This document shows positions 12,428 through 22,061 of a stretch of 64,000 nucleotides of DNA, piece by piece; within the stretch, counting starts at the first letter, position 1, and each line of letters opens with the position of its first letter. The stretch spans positions 310,001 to 374,000 of the forward strand of contig QPMI01000428.1 in NCBI GenBank assembly GCA_004431415.1, written 5' to 3'. The notes below the pieces were generated by a model. That model worked only from the letters and a program-made list of their open reading frames with translations. It searched no databases and was not told the DNA's origin. A program made the position numbers and the translations under genes. This DNA is from Cyanophora paradoxa CCMP329 (taxonomy: Eukaryota; Plantae; Glaucophyta).

Positions 12428-13164
12428 CTACCGCCTCCAGCGGCGGCGTCGCCGGCCGCCCCCTTCCTCGTCCTCGTCGTCGCTCTGCATGAACGACGAC
12501 GCGAGTGCGGCGGCCACCTGCCACCGCTGCGGCGCGCGCGACGCGGATCAAATTGATATCACGGCGGCGCGCCAGCGGCGGGTCGTGGGCGCGCACCTCG
12601 TTGTCGGGCGGGCAGACCTCGAGGTGCAGGAGGCCTTCCCCGTCGAGCCGCTCCTCGAGCTCCTCCTCCTCCAGCTCCCGCCGGCCCAGGCCCCACGGGT
12701 TTCGCCCGAAGAAGACCTCGCGCACGCGCGCGTTCGCCGCGTCCGCAGTTGCGTGGCGGCTGTCGACGGCCTTCACGCCGGGCCCGTGCCACGCGTGGAA
12801 GCCGTCGTCGTCGTACGCCGCGCGCGTCCAGGCGAGGAATGGCTCCTTGGGGTCGGGCGCGTCGCCCTCGGGCTCGTCCGTCGAGGCGTCGTCCTCCTCG
12901 TCTTCCAGCTCCTCCTCCTCGTCACTGTCGTCCTGCGCGGCGCTGGGCCCGCGCCGCTGCTTCTTGGACGCCGGCGCTGCCGGGTCCTCTGCGTTCTGCG
13001 ACGACGCGGCTCGGGCCCTCGGGGCGCTGCATACGCCCATACAAAAGCCGTTCCCGCACCTCTGCCTCTTCGTTGGACCCGACGTCCTCCCGATCGTCCG
13101 ACTCGCTGTCCTGTTCGGCCGGCCGGCTCGCCTTCGGCATCTGGTGGGGCTGCCTGGCTTCCAT
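12428..13164 (-). CDS. Hypothetical acidic protein (3 exons) with basic NLS-like motifs
   Basis: MEARQPHQMPKASR..; exon PASKKQRR..DEEEELEDEEDD..DSRHATADAANARVREVFFGRNPWG..LLHLEVCPPDNE; last exon RWQVAAALASSFMQSDEDEEGGGRRRRRWRR*; canonical GT..CAG introns. Confidence 0.7.
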
Positions 13165-13292
13165 CAGACGAGTTAGTAGCGATCCAACGCGGCAAGCTGC
13201 TCAGCGGCGCCGCGCACCGCTCGGTTGCAAGGTTCTTGGTGTTCTCCCGGGTACAGCGCCGAAGCCTCCATCCGCAGCCAGCGAAGTCATCG

Positions 13293-14368
13293 ATGGCTTT
13301 GAACAGCAACAGCGGCTTCACGGCCGACGAGATAAGAAAGTACTCGGAGATCGCGGCCACGGTCAAGAGGAACGCCTACGCGCCCTAGTGCGCCCCGCCT
13401 GCGTCCGCGATCCACCTTGCGCCTCCGTCCAGCGCCGCTAACCCGTACCGTGTCGACCCGCAGCTCCGAGTTCTTCGTCGGGGCGGCCCTCGGTGCGGGA
13501 CGCCCCGCGCGCCTTCGGTCGGCCCGCCTCACGCGCGCTGGACGCCCGCAGTCGGAGAAAGCGGGAAGATCTACACGGGCGTGAACGTGGAGAACGCGAG
13601 CTACCCGCTGGGCCTCTGCGCGGAACGGTGCGAACAGCGGCCCTCGCCGGGCCCCGGGCGCACTCGGGCGACCCGGCGGGCACGCGCAGGACCGCGATAT
13701 GTAAGGCGGTCAGCGAAGGCGAGCGGAAGGTGCGCCTGGGGCCCGAGGGCCGGCCCCGCGCGCCTCGCGGGTCCCCCGCCCCGCCTGCTCCGTCCTCGGC
13801 GGGAGCGCAGCCGACGCGCGGCCGCGCAGTTCCGCGGCATATTCGTCGCGACGGACCTTGAAGAGGAGTTCGGCGCCCCGTGCGGCGGCTGCAGGCAGGT
13901 CCTGAACGAGTTCGGGGAGTACCCCGTCTTCCTCGTCCGCAACGACCTCCAGTACAAGCAGACCTCGGTGTCCCGTACCCCTACGCGCTCCCTTCCCTCC
14001 CCTAACCCCCTCCAGCTCACCGTCCCCTCCCCTATTCGCAGGTCTCCGAGCTCCTCCCCTTCGCGTTCGGCCCCTCGCACCTCCTGGTCCGCACTACCCC
14101 CCCCCCCCCCGCCGCCCATCCCTGTACCCTCCCTGACCTCTCTCCCCCCCGCCCGCAGGCGATGCCGAGGACGCAGACGAAGCAGGATCAGCCGGCGCCC
14201 CCCGTCTTCATGGCGCACCACGAGTCGATCGCGTCGGAGCTGAACCGCATCCGCTCGGAGGAGGGCCTGCGGCGGCACTCGAGCTCCGCCTCCGCCTCGA
14301 CCATGTCGCTGGACGGAATGGTGATGCCCCTCGGAGGTACCAAGCGCAAGTCCGACGCCCAGGGCTGA
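13293..14368 (+). CDS. cda: Cytidine deaminase (homotetrameric CDA type) with a C-terminal extension
   Basis: Spliced: [84 protein letters not shown]; CAE and PCxxC zinc motifs are intact. Confidence 0.95.
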
Positions 14369-16297
14369 GCCTGGCCCGGCCCGTCCTTCCGATCGCAGAG
14401 CCCGCGGGCCCCGACCAGGCCCGGCCCCCGCCCTCCCCGCCCCGGCCCCCGCCCTCGTCCCCTGGGCCCTCCGCAGCCCCCCCCCCCCCCCCCCCCTCCC
14501 CCCCTCCCCTGGAACGCTGTACAGCATCCCCGCCCCGCCCCCTCCGCTCTCTTTCCCGCTCCCGTCCCTGCAAGATCTCGTCGGCTCTTCGAACTAGACC
14601 AATGGATCTAAGATCTGTCGGCTTGGGCCCGTATTCTCCTGTTCATCGCCAGCCCCTGCAGCTGACGACTTCGGATTCGCCGACGCCGGGTACACGTTCT
14701 AAACGGCCGGATACAGCCTAGCACTGCAGCTGGGCGCAATTGCAGGCCTCCGGACGGGAACCGTTGAACGCCGTGACGTGCATACGCACGCATTCAACGG
14801 CTCCCGAAGTTCGGCTTCGATTCAGCCTGCAGCTGGCCATGGCAGGTATCCGCCGTGTATATATATATATATACCGCGGAGGCGCCCTCCGGATCCGGAT
14901 CGGATATCGATCCCCGCGGGCCGGCGCCGCAGCTGCAGCGCATGCACCCCTCCCGAGGCTCCCGCGCGGCCGCGGCGCTAGCTAGCTGTACATATATATA
15001 TATGTACCGTAGTAAAATAGCTGTACATGTACATGCATATGTATACGTACACATATGCGCATGCATGGCTCTGAAGAATTGAGCCTTGGCCTCGAGCTCC
15101 GGATCCCGATCGCGAGTCCGCTGCCCCCCTTCAAGGCTCAATTTAATTATTATACATTATAAGCTTCGTGCGCGGCTCTAGGTGGTAGGATTTGCATTAG
15201 CACACAACAACAACTACTAGCTATAGGAGTTTCACATCGCCCAATTTATCTCTCCGACTAGATAACACTGAGGACCGTCAAGTGCTGTGCTCTGTCTAAG
15301 TGGCCCAGTGGTGGGAAATTCTATCTACGTCCTATATCTACAAATGGGGCGAGAGGCCGAAAGATACACAGACGCTCTACGCAGACCGATGAAGGCAAAC
15401 AGAGCGCACAAACACCCTCCAGACGTGGAAGTCCGCCCTAGGGAAGACCCACGTATAGCGGAGGGCAGGAGAGGCACTACGCCTGATCATGACAAGCAAA
15501 AGTCGACGGAAAGACCTGAGCTTCCCTGCAGGGAAAAGAACCGCCATCTAGCGACTCGACTGCGAGGAGATGAGGACCAGAACGAAATGAGAGAGCGCCG
15601 ATGAGCCCCAGCTGCCAAGCAAGGGAGCGGGGGCCGGGCGCCGTCCGCGTGTTGACGGAACACGTCGCCGCGCCAGTGTGCCACGCCACGGCTACCGCGC
15701 GTTCACTAACGCTGCGGCGCATGGCGACGTGGGCTTTGCGCGAAAGCCGCGGCCGGCCGACATTGCGGCCAGCCGACGTCGCGATCGCCGCGATCGCTCC
15801 CGCGGCACTCCGGCCCATCCTCGCCGAGCCGGAGACATCATAGAAGCTAACCCCTGACGCGCGCGCTCCTGAATCTCCTGCGGAAATGCCGGCGACAAGG
15901 CCGGCTGCCGAGGCGCCAACTCGACGCCAATTTCGCGCCGCCGCTCGGCGCGCCAGCCGCCTACCTCATGCTGGTCACGCTGAGCGACAGCGGCGGCGCC
16001 ATGAACGGGCCGCAGCCAGCCGCGCGCCGACGCGGTGGGAAATTTTCTCGTAATTTTCTCGGGCTTCTGCCACGTGCATGTGCAATCGCAATCATTTGCA
16101 TTAATATAAATATTGCAAGTTTGCATGATCATCGGATGCGAGAAGTGCACGTGTATTCAATGATTTAGCCTAGGAGATCGATATCTACGATCAACTTGCC
16201 AGTTGAACAAGTCATGCGCATTAATTCACAATCGCAAGCCTTTTGAAGCTCGGCATCGTCAGTTGTGTCGCGATCGACCGAGGGACGTCTTGATCAT

Positions 16298-17728
16298 TCA
16301 GAAATCGGCGCCGTTGACGTAAAAGTCCAAACCCTCCGCCTGGGGCCCCCGTCAGCACGAGATCTTCCACGTTCTAACGTACGGCCCGGCCCGGGCGGGT
16401 CGGGCCGGGGCGCACGGGGGCGTAGGCGGCGTCGGCGTCGGCGGCCAGGTCGGCCTCGACGGCGTTCAGCTCCGCCTCGTACTCCTCCTGCGCCAAAGGG
16501 CGCCTCGTCGTCAGTAATATTATACGTGTACGTATATATCATAGTACACGTTCTACTGGCATGCACATGGCATAAATCCGTAGTGCACTGCGGAATGCGC
16601 GTGTGGCGGACACGGGAGGCCGGGCGCACCTCGAGATCGTCATCCTCAACCGCCTTAAAGAGCGATCCATAAATGTCCCGGGGGTCCGGCATCGAATATG
16701 GGTCCTTGGTATCATCCGGATCCTGATTCTGATCCTTCGAATTCGCAGGCGGATTCGGATCCACTAGTACTGGGGCCAGGACCTCTTCGACCTCCGTAGA
16801 CGGCTCGATGCCAGCTGCCGGGTCGACGTACCTGGGCAGAACGCTCTTCCGATCAGGCTAGGCGAGTAGGCTAGGGTCGCCTAGATCTAGAATGCATATA
16901 CTGACATGCCTACTGCTCAGCGGCTGGCAGAGTTACGAAACGAATGATATAAATATTAATAGCGCCTGACTGTGTGTGTATATATATAATATCTAGTTTC
17001 CCACGGATTCGAAGCGGCGGAAACCGGCCGCCGGGCGACGGGGCAGGCCCCTTTTTATACGGACCAATACAGTGTGGTCAAGTTGTTCTCCGTGACACTG
17101 ATTTTAATGCTTCCGCCGCCTGCGAGCCGGACGGATTCAGCACGGATCATCGGATCAGCGAACCGGAAGGTCCACTGGTCCATTTCGACTGGTCATATCA
17201 TGTTATGCATATGCATGATAAAACTAATTGACGATGTATAAAGCACGCTCGATCGCGATCGTCATTTATGTGTATACGTATAGCGCGTAGCTGGAGCGCT
17301 AGCTAGATGTAGAGGCAGCAATATATATATTTATAGGCCAAGGATCCGGAGGCTGGAGCGGATGCAGGACTTGCCTTGTTTCATGCAATCGCTGCGAGTG
17401 CAGGAGGAAGAAGACGAGGCCAGGTCGCGATCGGAATTCGCAGGAACCGCTCATCAGCATGCGCGCAGATGCATATATATGCAAAAAGGCGTGTGCAGTG
17501 GTTGGGAAGAGCGCACTTCAACATTCCTTCGGCGTGGTCTTCGATCTTGCCACCATTGGGCAGGGCGAATCCGGAATCGTACACCAACCGGCCCGCGTCG
17601 TCGGCATCGCCGGCCGCGGTCCAGGACTCCACGCCGTCGACCTTCTGCCTGTAGCCCGCGTGGCACACCACCGAATAACTGCCAATGCCGGCGCCAGTGG
17701 AGGTAGGGCCTTCGAATAAGAATTCCAT
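16298..17728 (-). CDS. Hypothetical multi-exon protein or decaying gene
   Basis: Exon-like pieces with GT..CAG borders: MEFLFEGPTSTGAGIGSYSVVCHAGYRQKVDG..; ..DPRDIYGSLFKAVEDDDLE; EEYEAELNAVEADLAADADAAY; AEGLDFYVNGADF*. Middle exons could not be joined confidently. Confidence 0.45.
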
Positions 17729-18080
17729 GTCGGGATGTCCGGGATGTTCGACGGTCGGGACTCTAGAGATGCAGCGTACTACGGTAATCTTGCGTCAGAA
17801 GCGCACACGTGCACGTATACGCATACGTATACTAGGGACTCCGTATACGTATACGTAGCGCGTCAGTATAGTAGTAGGCTACGTATACGCGGGACTCCGG
17901 GTCCCGGGGAGTCCGGGAGCCCGCGGCCGGGCCGCGGCCGGTACCGGTAATACCGGTATACGTAGTAGGTCCGGTACCCGGGCCGCCTGACTCGGCGGCC
18001 TGCAGCTGAGATCTCATATATATGCGCATGCTGATCGAGAGCGGCATGCGCAGAGAGCCTGAGACTACTAGTACCCGGTA

Positions 18081-18389
18081 CCGTGTGGCACTAAATTACC
18101 GAGGCATAAATTACCGCGTTATAATTATAAATTAGAAACTCCGGCCCGAGGGTGGCCAAAATACCGCGGTACCAAATTACCGCGTTTTAAAAAACTTGAG
18201 GCTTGTATATTGGGCGGTAATTCTGGGGTATACTGTATTATAGTCTGTATATAGCCTCAGAATATAGGAACTCCCAGGAGAGAATTAACGCGGAACCAAA
18301 TTACCGCGTTTTAAAAAATTCTCGACGCGGTAATTTGGTACCGTAGTACCGCGGTAATTAAGTGAGCGCGGTATTATAGTGCCACACGG
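18081..18389. mobile_element. Tc1/mariner-type MITE with TA target duplication, related to 5883-6143
   Basis: TA|CCGTGTGGCACTA ... TAGTGCCACACGG|TA; subterminal AAATTACCGCG repeats; central AGGCTTG..GGGCGGTAATT..GGGGTA..CTGTAT block shared with the 5883 element. Confidence 0.88.
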
Positions 18390-18617
18390 TAGGCTGAGAG
18401 GCTGAGAGCCTGAGACTCGGCTGAGAGGCTGATCATGAAAGCCGTCGATCTAGATGAGGCTCTAAGCTCACTGCCCGAGTCACTGGCTCAAAAGGAGCCG
18501 TCTAAGAGCTTATGATGGCATGATCAATCATTCAATCATCAAAGTTAATCGATATCGAACCACGTACTATATAAAACGTGCACGTGCACGTTCAGTTGAT
18601 CGAACCACGTATATAAA

Positions 18618-19112
18618 TTTTGTTTTTGGTGAATTACCGGCCACAGTCGACACCAGCACTGCGGGGGCTGCCCAGGGGGCATAAAGACAAAAAAGCAAAA
18701 TAACTAAGACAAGAGCACGAAGAAAGATAAGACAAAGAGCCAAAATCGACAATAAAAACGAATCGAGACAGATCGAGAAGAGACGATAAATCGAGCAGAT
18801 CTAGAGACAGAGGATGACTGACACGAATTCGAAGAAGAGCCAGAGCTAGAGATACGTATACCATATGCATCAATATCGGAAGGAATTACATCACTATAGC
18901 TAAGAAGCGGAGGACAAATTTGAGAAAGATAAATAACAGGAAGCAGACAAGTAAGAGGAACAACAAGACGACGTGGAGGCGGAGGCGAAGCAGGACGATG
19001 CGAAAGGGCAGAGCTACGGCACGAGGTCGAGGAGGACACAGGAGGCGGAGCAGGCGGATCAAGAGCAGGCAAAAGGACAGTCAAAGGAATCACTAAAGGA
19101 ACCACGCATAAG
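18618..19112 (-). mobile_element. Retroposed insertion (5'-truncated LINE or SINE-like) with a 16 bp TSD
   Basis: GAACCACGTATATAAA at 18602-18617 and 19113-19128. The minus strand ends in CAAAAACAAAA and is strongly T/C-skewed, unlike the flanks. Confidence 0.75.
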
Positions 19113-19874
19113 GAACCACGTATATAAAACGTGGTAAAAGGCATTAAAAAAAGGCATATATATACTTAATTTTTTTAAAAGATCTACGGTGGGCGTACCC
19201 ACTCGTAGTACACAACGAGGATACGTATACAAGTCACGGTATCGGGAATCACGAGGTTTCGAAGTACAACGTATACGTAGCGGAAACAGCAGGAACCGAA
19301 CCCGGGAATCCGGGAGGTCGTAGCATATAATTAATTTGGGGGCGCATGCATGATCGATATCGAAACGCTAATTAAGCTTAAGATCGTTTTTTCCTCGTCC
19401 GTACGCGTCGTCTCTTCTCGCGATCGATATCGGTCTCTCTTTCTCTAGCTAGCGCTGCTGTCGATTAATTTTGGCTTTTTGTCTATCCCCCGGAGTACCC
19501 CCCCCCCTCACTACCTCCCCTCCCTCCCTTCCCCTGCATCCCCCGAGAATCACGGGCGACCGCAGGCGAAGCCCTAGGCCTAGCCGGCCTGGACAGGTCC
19601 GCCTACCCCTGCCCCCCGGCCCCCCCGGCCCCCTCCCCCCGCCTCGAGCTCCCCCTCCCACCCCGGGGTGGGAGGGAAGGAGGTGCCCGGCGTAAGGAAG
19701 GAGGGGGGCCCCCCTCCTTCCTTACGCCGGGCACCTCCCCCTCCTACCCGCGCCCCCTCCTCCCGTGGGGCAGGCACACTCCTCCTCTCCCTTCCCCCCC
19801 CCCCCCCCCCTCCCCCGGCCCCGGCCCTCCCCCCTCCCCCCTCCCCCGGCCCCTTGTCCCTGATCACGAGCCCG

Positions 19875-19990
19875 CATGGCAGACCGGAGGAGGCGCTGGT
19901 GGCGTTCGAGCGCGCGCTCGCGATTCAGGGGCCCAGGGCCTGCGAGGCGCGGCAGCTCGCGATCGTGCGCTTTGACCCCGTTCATATTTT
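19875..19990 (+). pseudogene. Isolated TPR-like coding fragment
   Basis: GRPEEALVAFERALAIQ matches the TPR helix-B consensus; no complete gene can be recovered around it. Confidence 0.4.
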
Positions 19991-20117
19991 CTGGCCGCGC
20001 TCAATTGCAACTTAAAGGCGACACGAAGCCAAATTAAACAAACAAAGCCGGTGTCGATATGGAACTGACGCCTTTTGGCCCGCGGCCGCCTGGGAAGCCC
20101 GCCGGTCACCGGGTCGG

Positions 20118-20629
20118 TTTTTTAATTTTGTTTTTTGCAAAATGGACGTCGCATTGATACACCACGGCACATGTATCAATGTTCTACGTGACGTGCCCTT
20201 CCGACCGGTCATCATGGCATCTATCTAGCCGAAGGTGCTAGCTAGGTGCCGGCCATGGGTCGCTCAATATGGGAGCTCGAGGTTCGCCTGAGTGGGGGAG
20301 CCATGGTTTTCGGTGATAGCCGTGACCAGGCCCGCGCGCCCACCCCTTGATCAACTCCTCCATCCCTCATGAGCCCTGGAAGTGGAAAGTCCCGCAGTCC
20401 GCCGCCCTTCCTTGCCGCCGCTCCACCACCCCTCCTCCTCCTCCCTCCGTCGCTCTCCTCCTCCTCACCTGCGCCCCAGGACCCCGATTAGTCGGTGTCC
20501 CGTTCTGTCGAGATGAAGAAGGTGGTAGGAGGAGGAGATGAGGAAGGAGAGAGAGTGGGCGGACTCTCCGGGAGGCGGCGGAAGGAGGTGGGCAGCGCTA
20601 GCGGATGCGGGGCAGGGCGGGGAGAGGAG
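20118..20629 (-). mobile_element. Retroposed SINE/LINE-like insertion with an 18 bp TSD, 3' stem-loop and A-rich tail
   Basis: CGCCGGTCACCGGGTCGG at 20100-20117 and 20630-20647; minus-strand tail CAAAAAACAAAATTAAAAAA; 10 bp hairpin CATTGATACA/TGTATCAATG at 20152-20181. Confidence 0.8.
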
Positions 20630-20723
20630 CGCCGGTCACCGGGTCGGGGCCCGGGCCCGGGCGGCGGGGCGCCGCTTTCGCTGCCCTCGAGTCGTACGTC
20701 GCCCTTGCGTCCCCCGAGGAGTG

Positions 20724-20734
20724 GCGCAGGGGCC

Positions 20735-20765
<31 letters not shown>

Positions 20766-20766
20766 T
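20724..20766 (-). pseudogene. U6: U6 snRNA fragment (catalytic core: ACAGAGA box, AGC triad, 5' side of the ISL)
   Basis: Minus strand AAAATTGGAACGATACAGAGAAGATTAGCATGGCCCCTGCGC equals the conserved U6 core. It lacks the 5' stem-loop, the 3' half and a Pol III terminator, and is flanked by a GTGGCGC direct repeat. Confidence 0.93.
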
Positions 20767-22061
20767 TGTGGCGCGGGATCCGGATCTCAACCATAAATTC
20801 TTTTTCTAAATTCGGTTGCAGGCAGTATACGTACGCGTACGCCGAAGCGCACTTCCAGCTCGCGCGCGATCTGCTGGGCACAGGAGGCGAGCCATGCATA
20901 TGCCGCGACGTCGACGCACTGCGGCGGCACTAGTTCGCGACGCACTTCGAGCGCCGAGTTTCAGGCTCTGATCAAGACCCGATCGCGAGCGCAGGAGCGC
21001 CCTGCACACGCCCTTCGCTCGTGATCGTGATCACGCAGCTGTGCCGACGTTTTCCGCAGGCCTAGGAGGCGGAGCGCGGCGCCGGCGTCCTCGGCCCCTT
21101 CGTCGAGGCCGGCCTCTGCGAGTCGCCCTCCTGGCGCTCCCTCGAGCGGCTGCTGCTGCCCCGCCTGCGCGCCCGGCCCGGCCGCAGGTACCGGTCTAGA
21201 CGCCCATGCATGCATATATACGGCCACTCGCCCGAGCTCGAGAGCAGGCTGACGCCGCTCAGCGGCGCCGGCTGGCGGGTCCTGGCCATGGCAGGACGTC
21301 ACCCAACTGACTTCGAATTCCGGATCCATGGTGCGGGATCCAACATCAGGGACGTCAGAGGAAAGGGTCACATAAAAGTGTCACATACAGGAAAGGGGAA
21401 ATTAAAGGATCAGGGACGTCAGAGGAAAAAGGTGCTAGCGCTGGACCGTCGGACCTCTGAGGAAATTTTAAAGGGTCACATACACTGCAGCTGTGAAAGG
21501 GAAAACGCATAAGCATCGATATCCTCACCCGCGTTGACGGGTAGACGTCGACTCGCCTAAAAATATACGTGCAGCCTTTGCAGATTGCTGGCTTCAACAA
21601 ATCCTTGCCTTTGGACCTAAGCTCTACACAGTACATTGCCCAGCCCGGCAGGTTTCGACCGTTTCGCTGCATGAGGAAAACGGACGAGCTGCTGAGCTGA
21701 GCACTGAGCTACCACTGGCTGCACTGAATACTCAGATCTAGAGCTGGATACTGCACTGGCTACCACTGAGCTAGCAGGAAACTGGTACTACCACTGGATA
21801 TATATACCTGAAACGTACACCGATGTTCTCATTGTAACTGGTACTGACACTGGATGCTGTACATGTTTACATGTGATGCCCTGGTGGGCTTCTTAGAAAA
21901 CACAGCTCCAAGCCCCACAGACGGCGTTCATCAGCAGAACTCGAGCCCGCAAGAATAGCATGGGTTCTAAAAACTATAGCTTCTGTGCACAAATTTCAAC
22001 GAAGTTCAACGCTAATCTAGACGATTGAAAGGAAATGTTGAAAGCAACCAACAGCCAGCTC

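Noticed and set aside
13386-13388. Premature TAG in the cytidine deaminase
   Set aside because: It is TA|GT: a Tyr codon split by an intron donor, restoring AYAPYS.
15601-15843. Histone-fold-like phrase RGRPTLRPADVAIA
   Set aside because: Only a short motif; no preceding histone-fold helices or convincing exon structure.
17520-17560. HAE motif suggesting a second deaminase
   Set aside because: No PCxxC partner found in any plausible downstream exon.
20660-20723. Apparent continuation of U6 (CGCAAGG..GAC..TCGAG) after a 14-17 nt insert, suggesting a variant U6 with an extended ISL
   Set aside because: The GTGGCGC direct repeat delimits the U6 insert exactly. The adjoining sequence reads as a plus-strand coding remnant (AAFAALESYVALASPEEW), and there is no 5' stem or T-run terminator.
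21290-21860. Short repeats (CAGGGACGTCAGAGGAAA x2, AAAGGGTCACATA x2, CTACCACTG units)
   Set aside because: Probably decayed transposon subterminal repeats, but no TIR pair or TSD could be defined.
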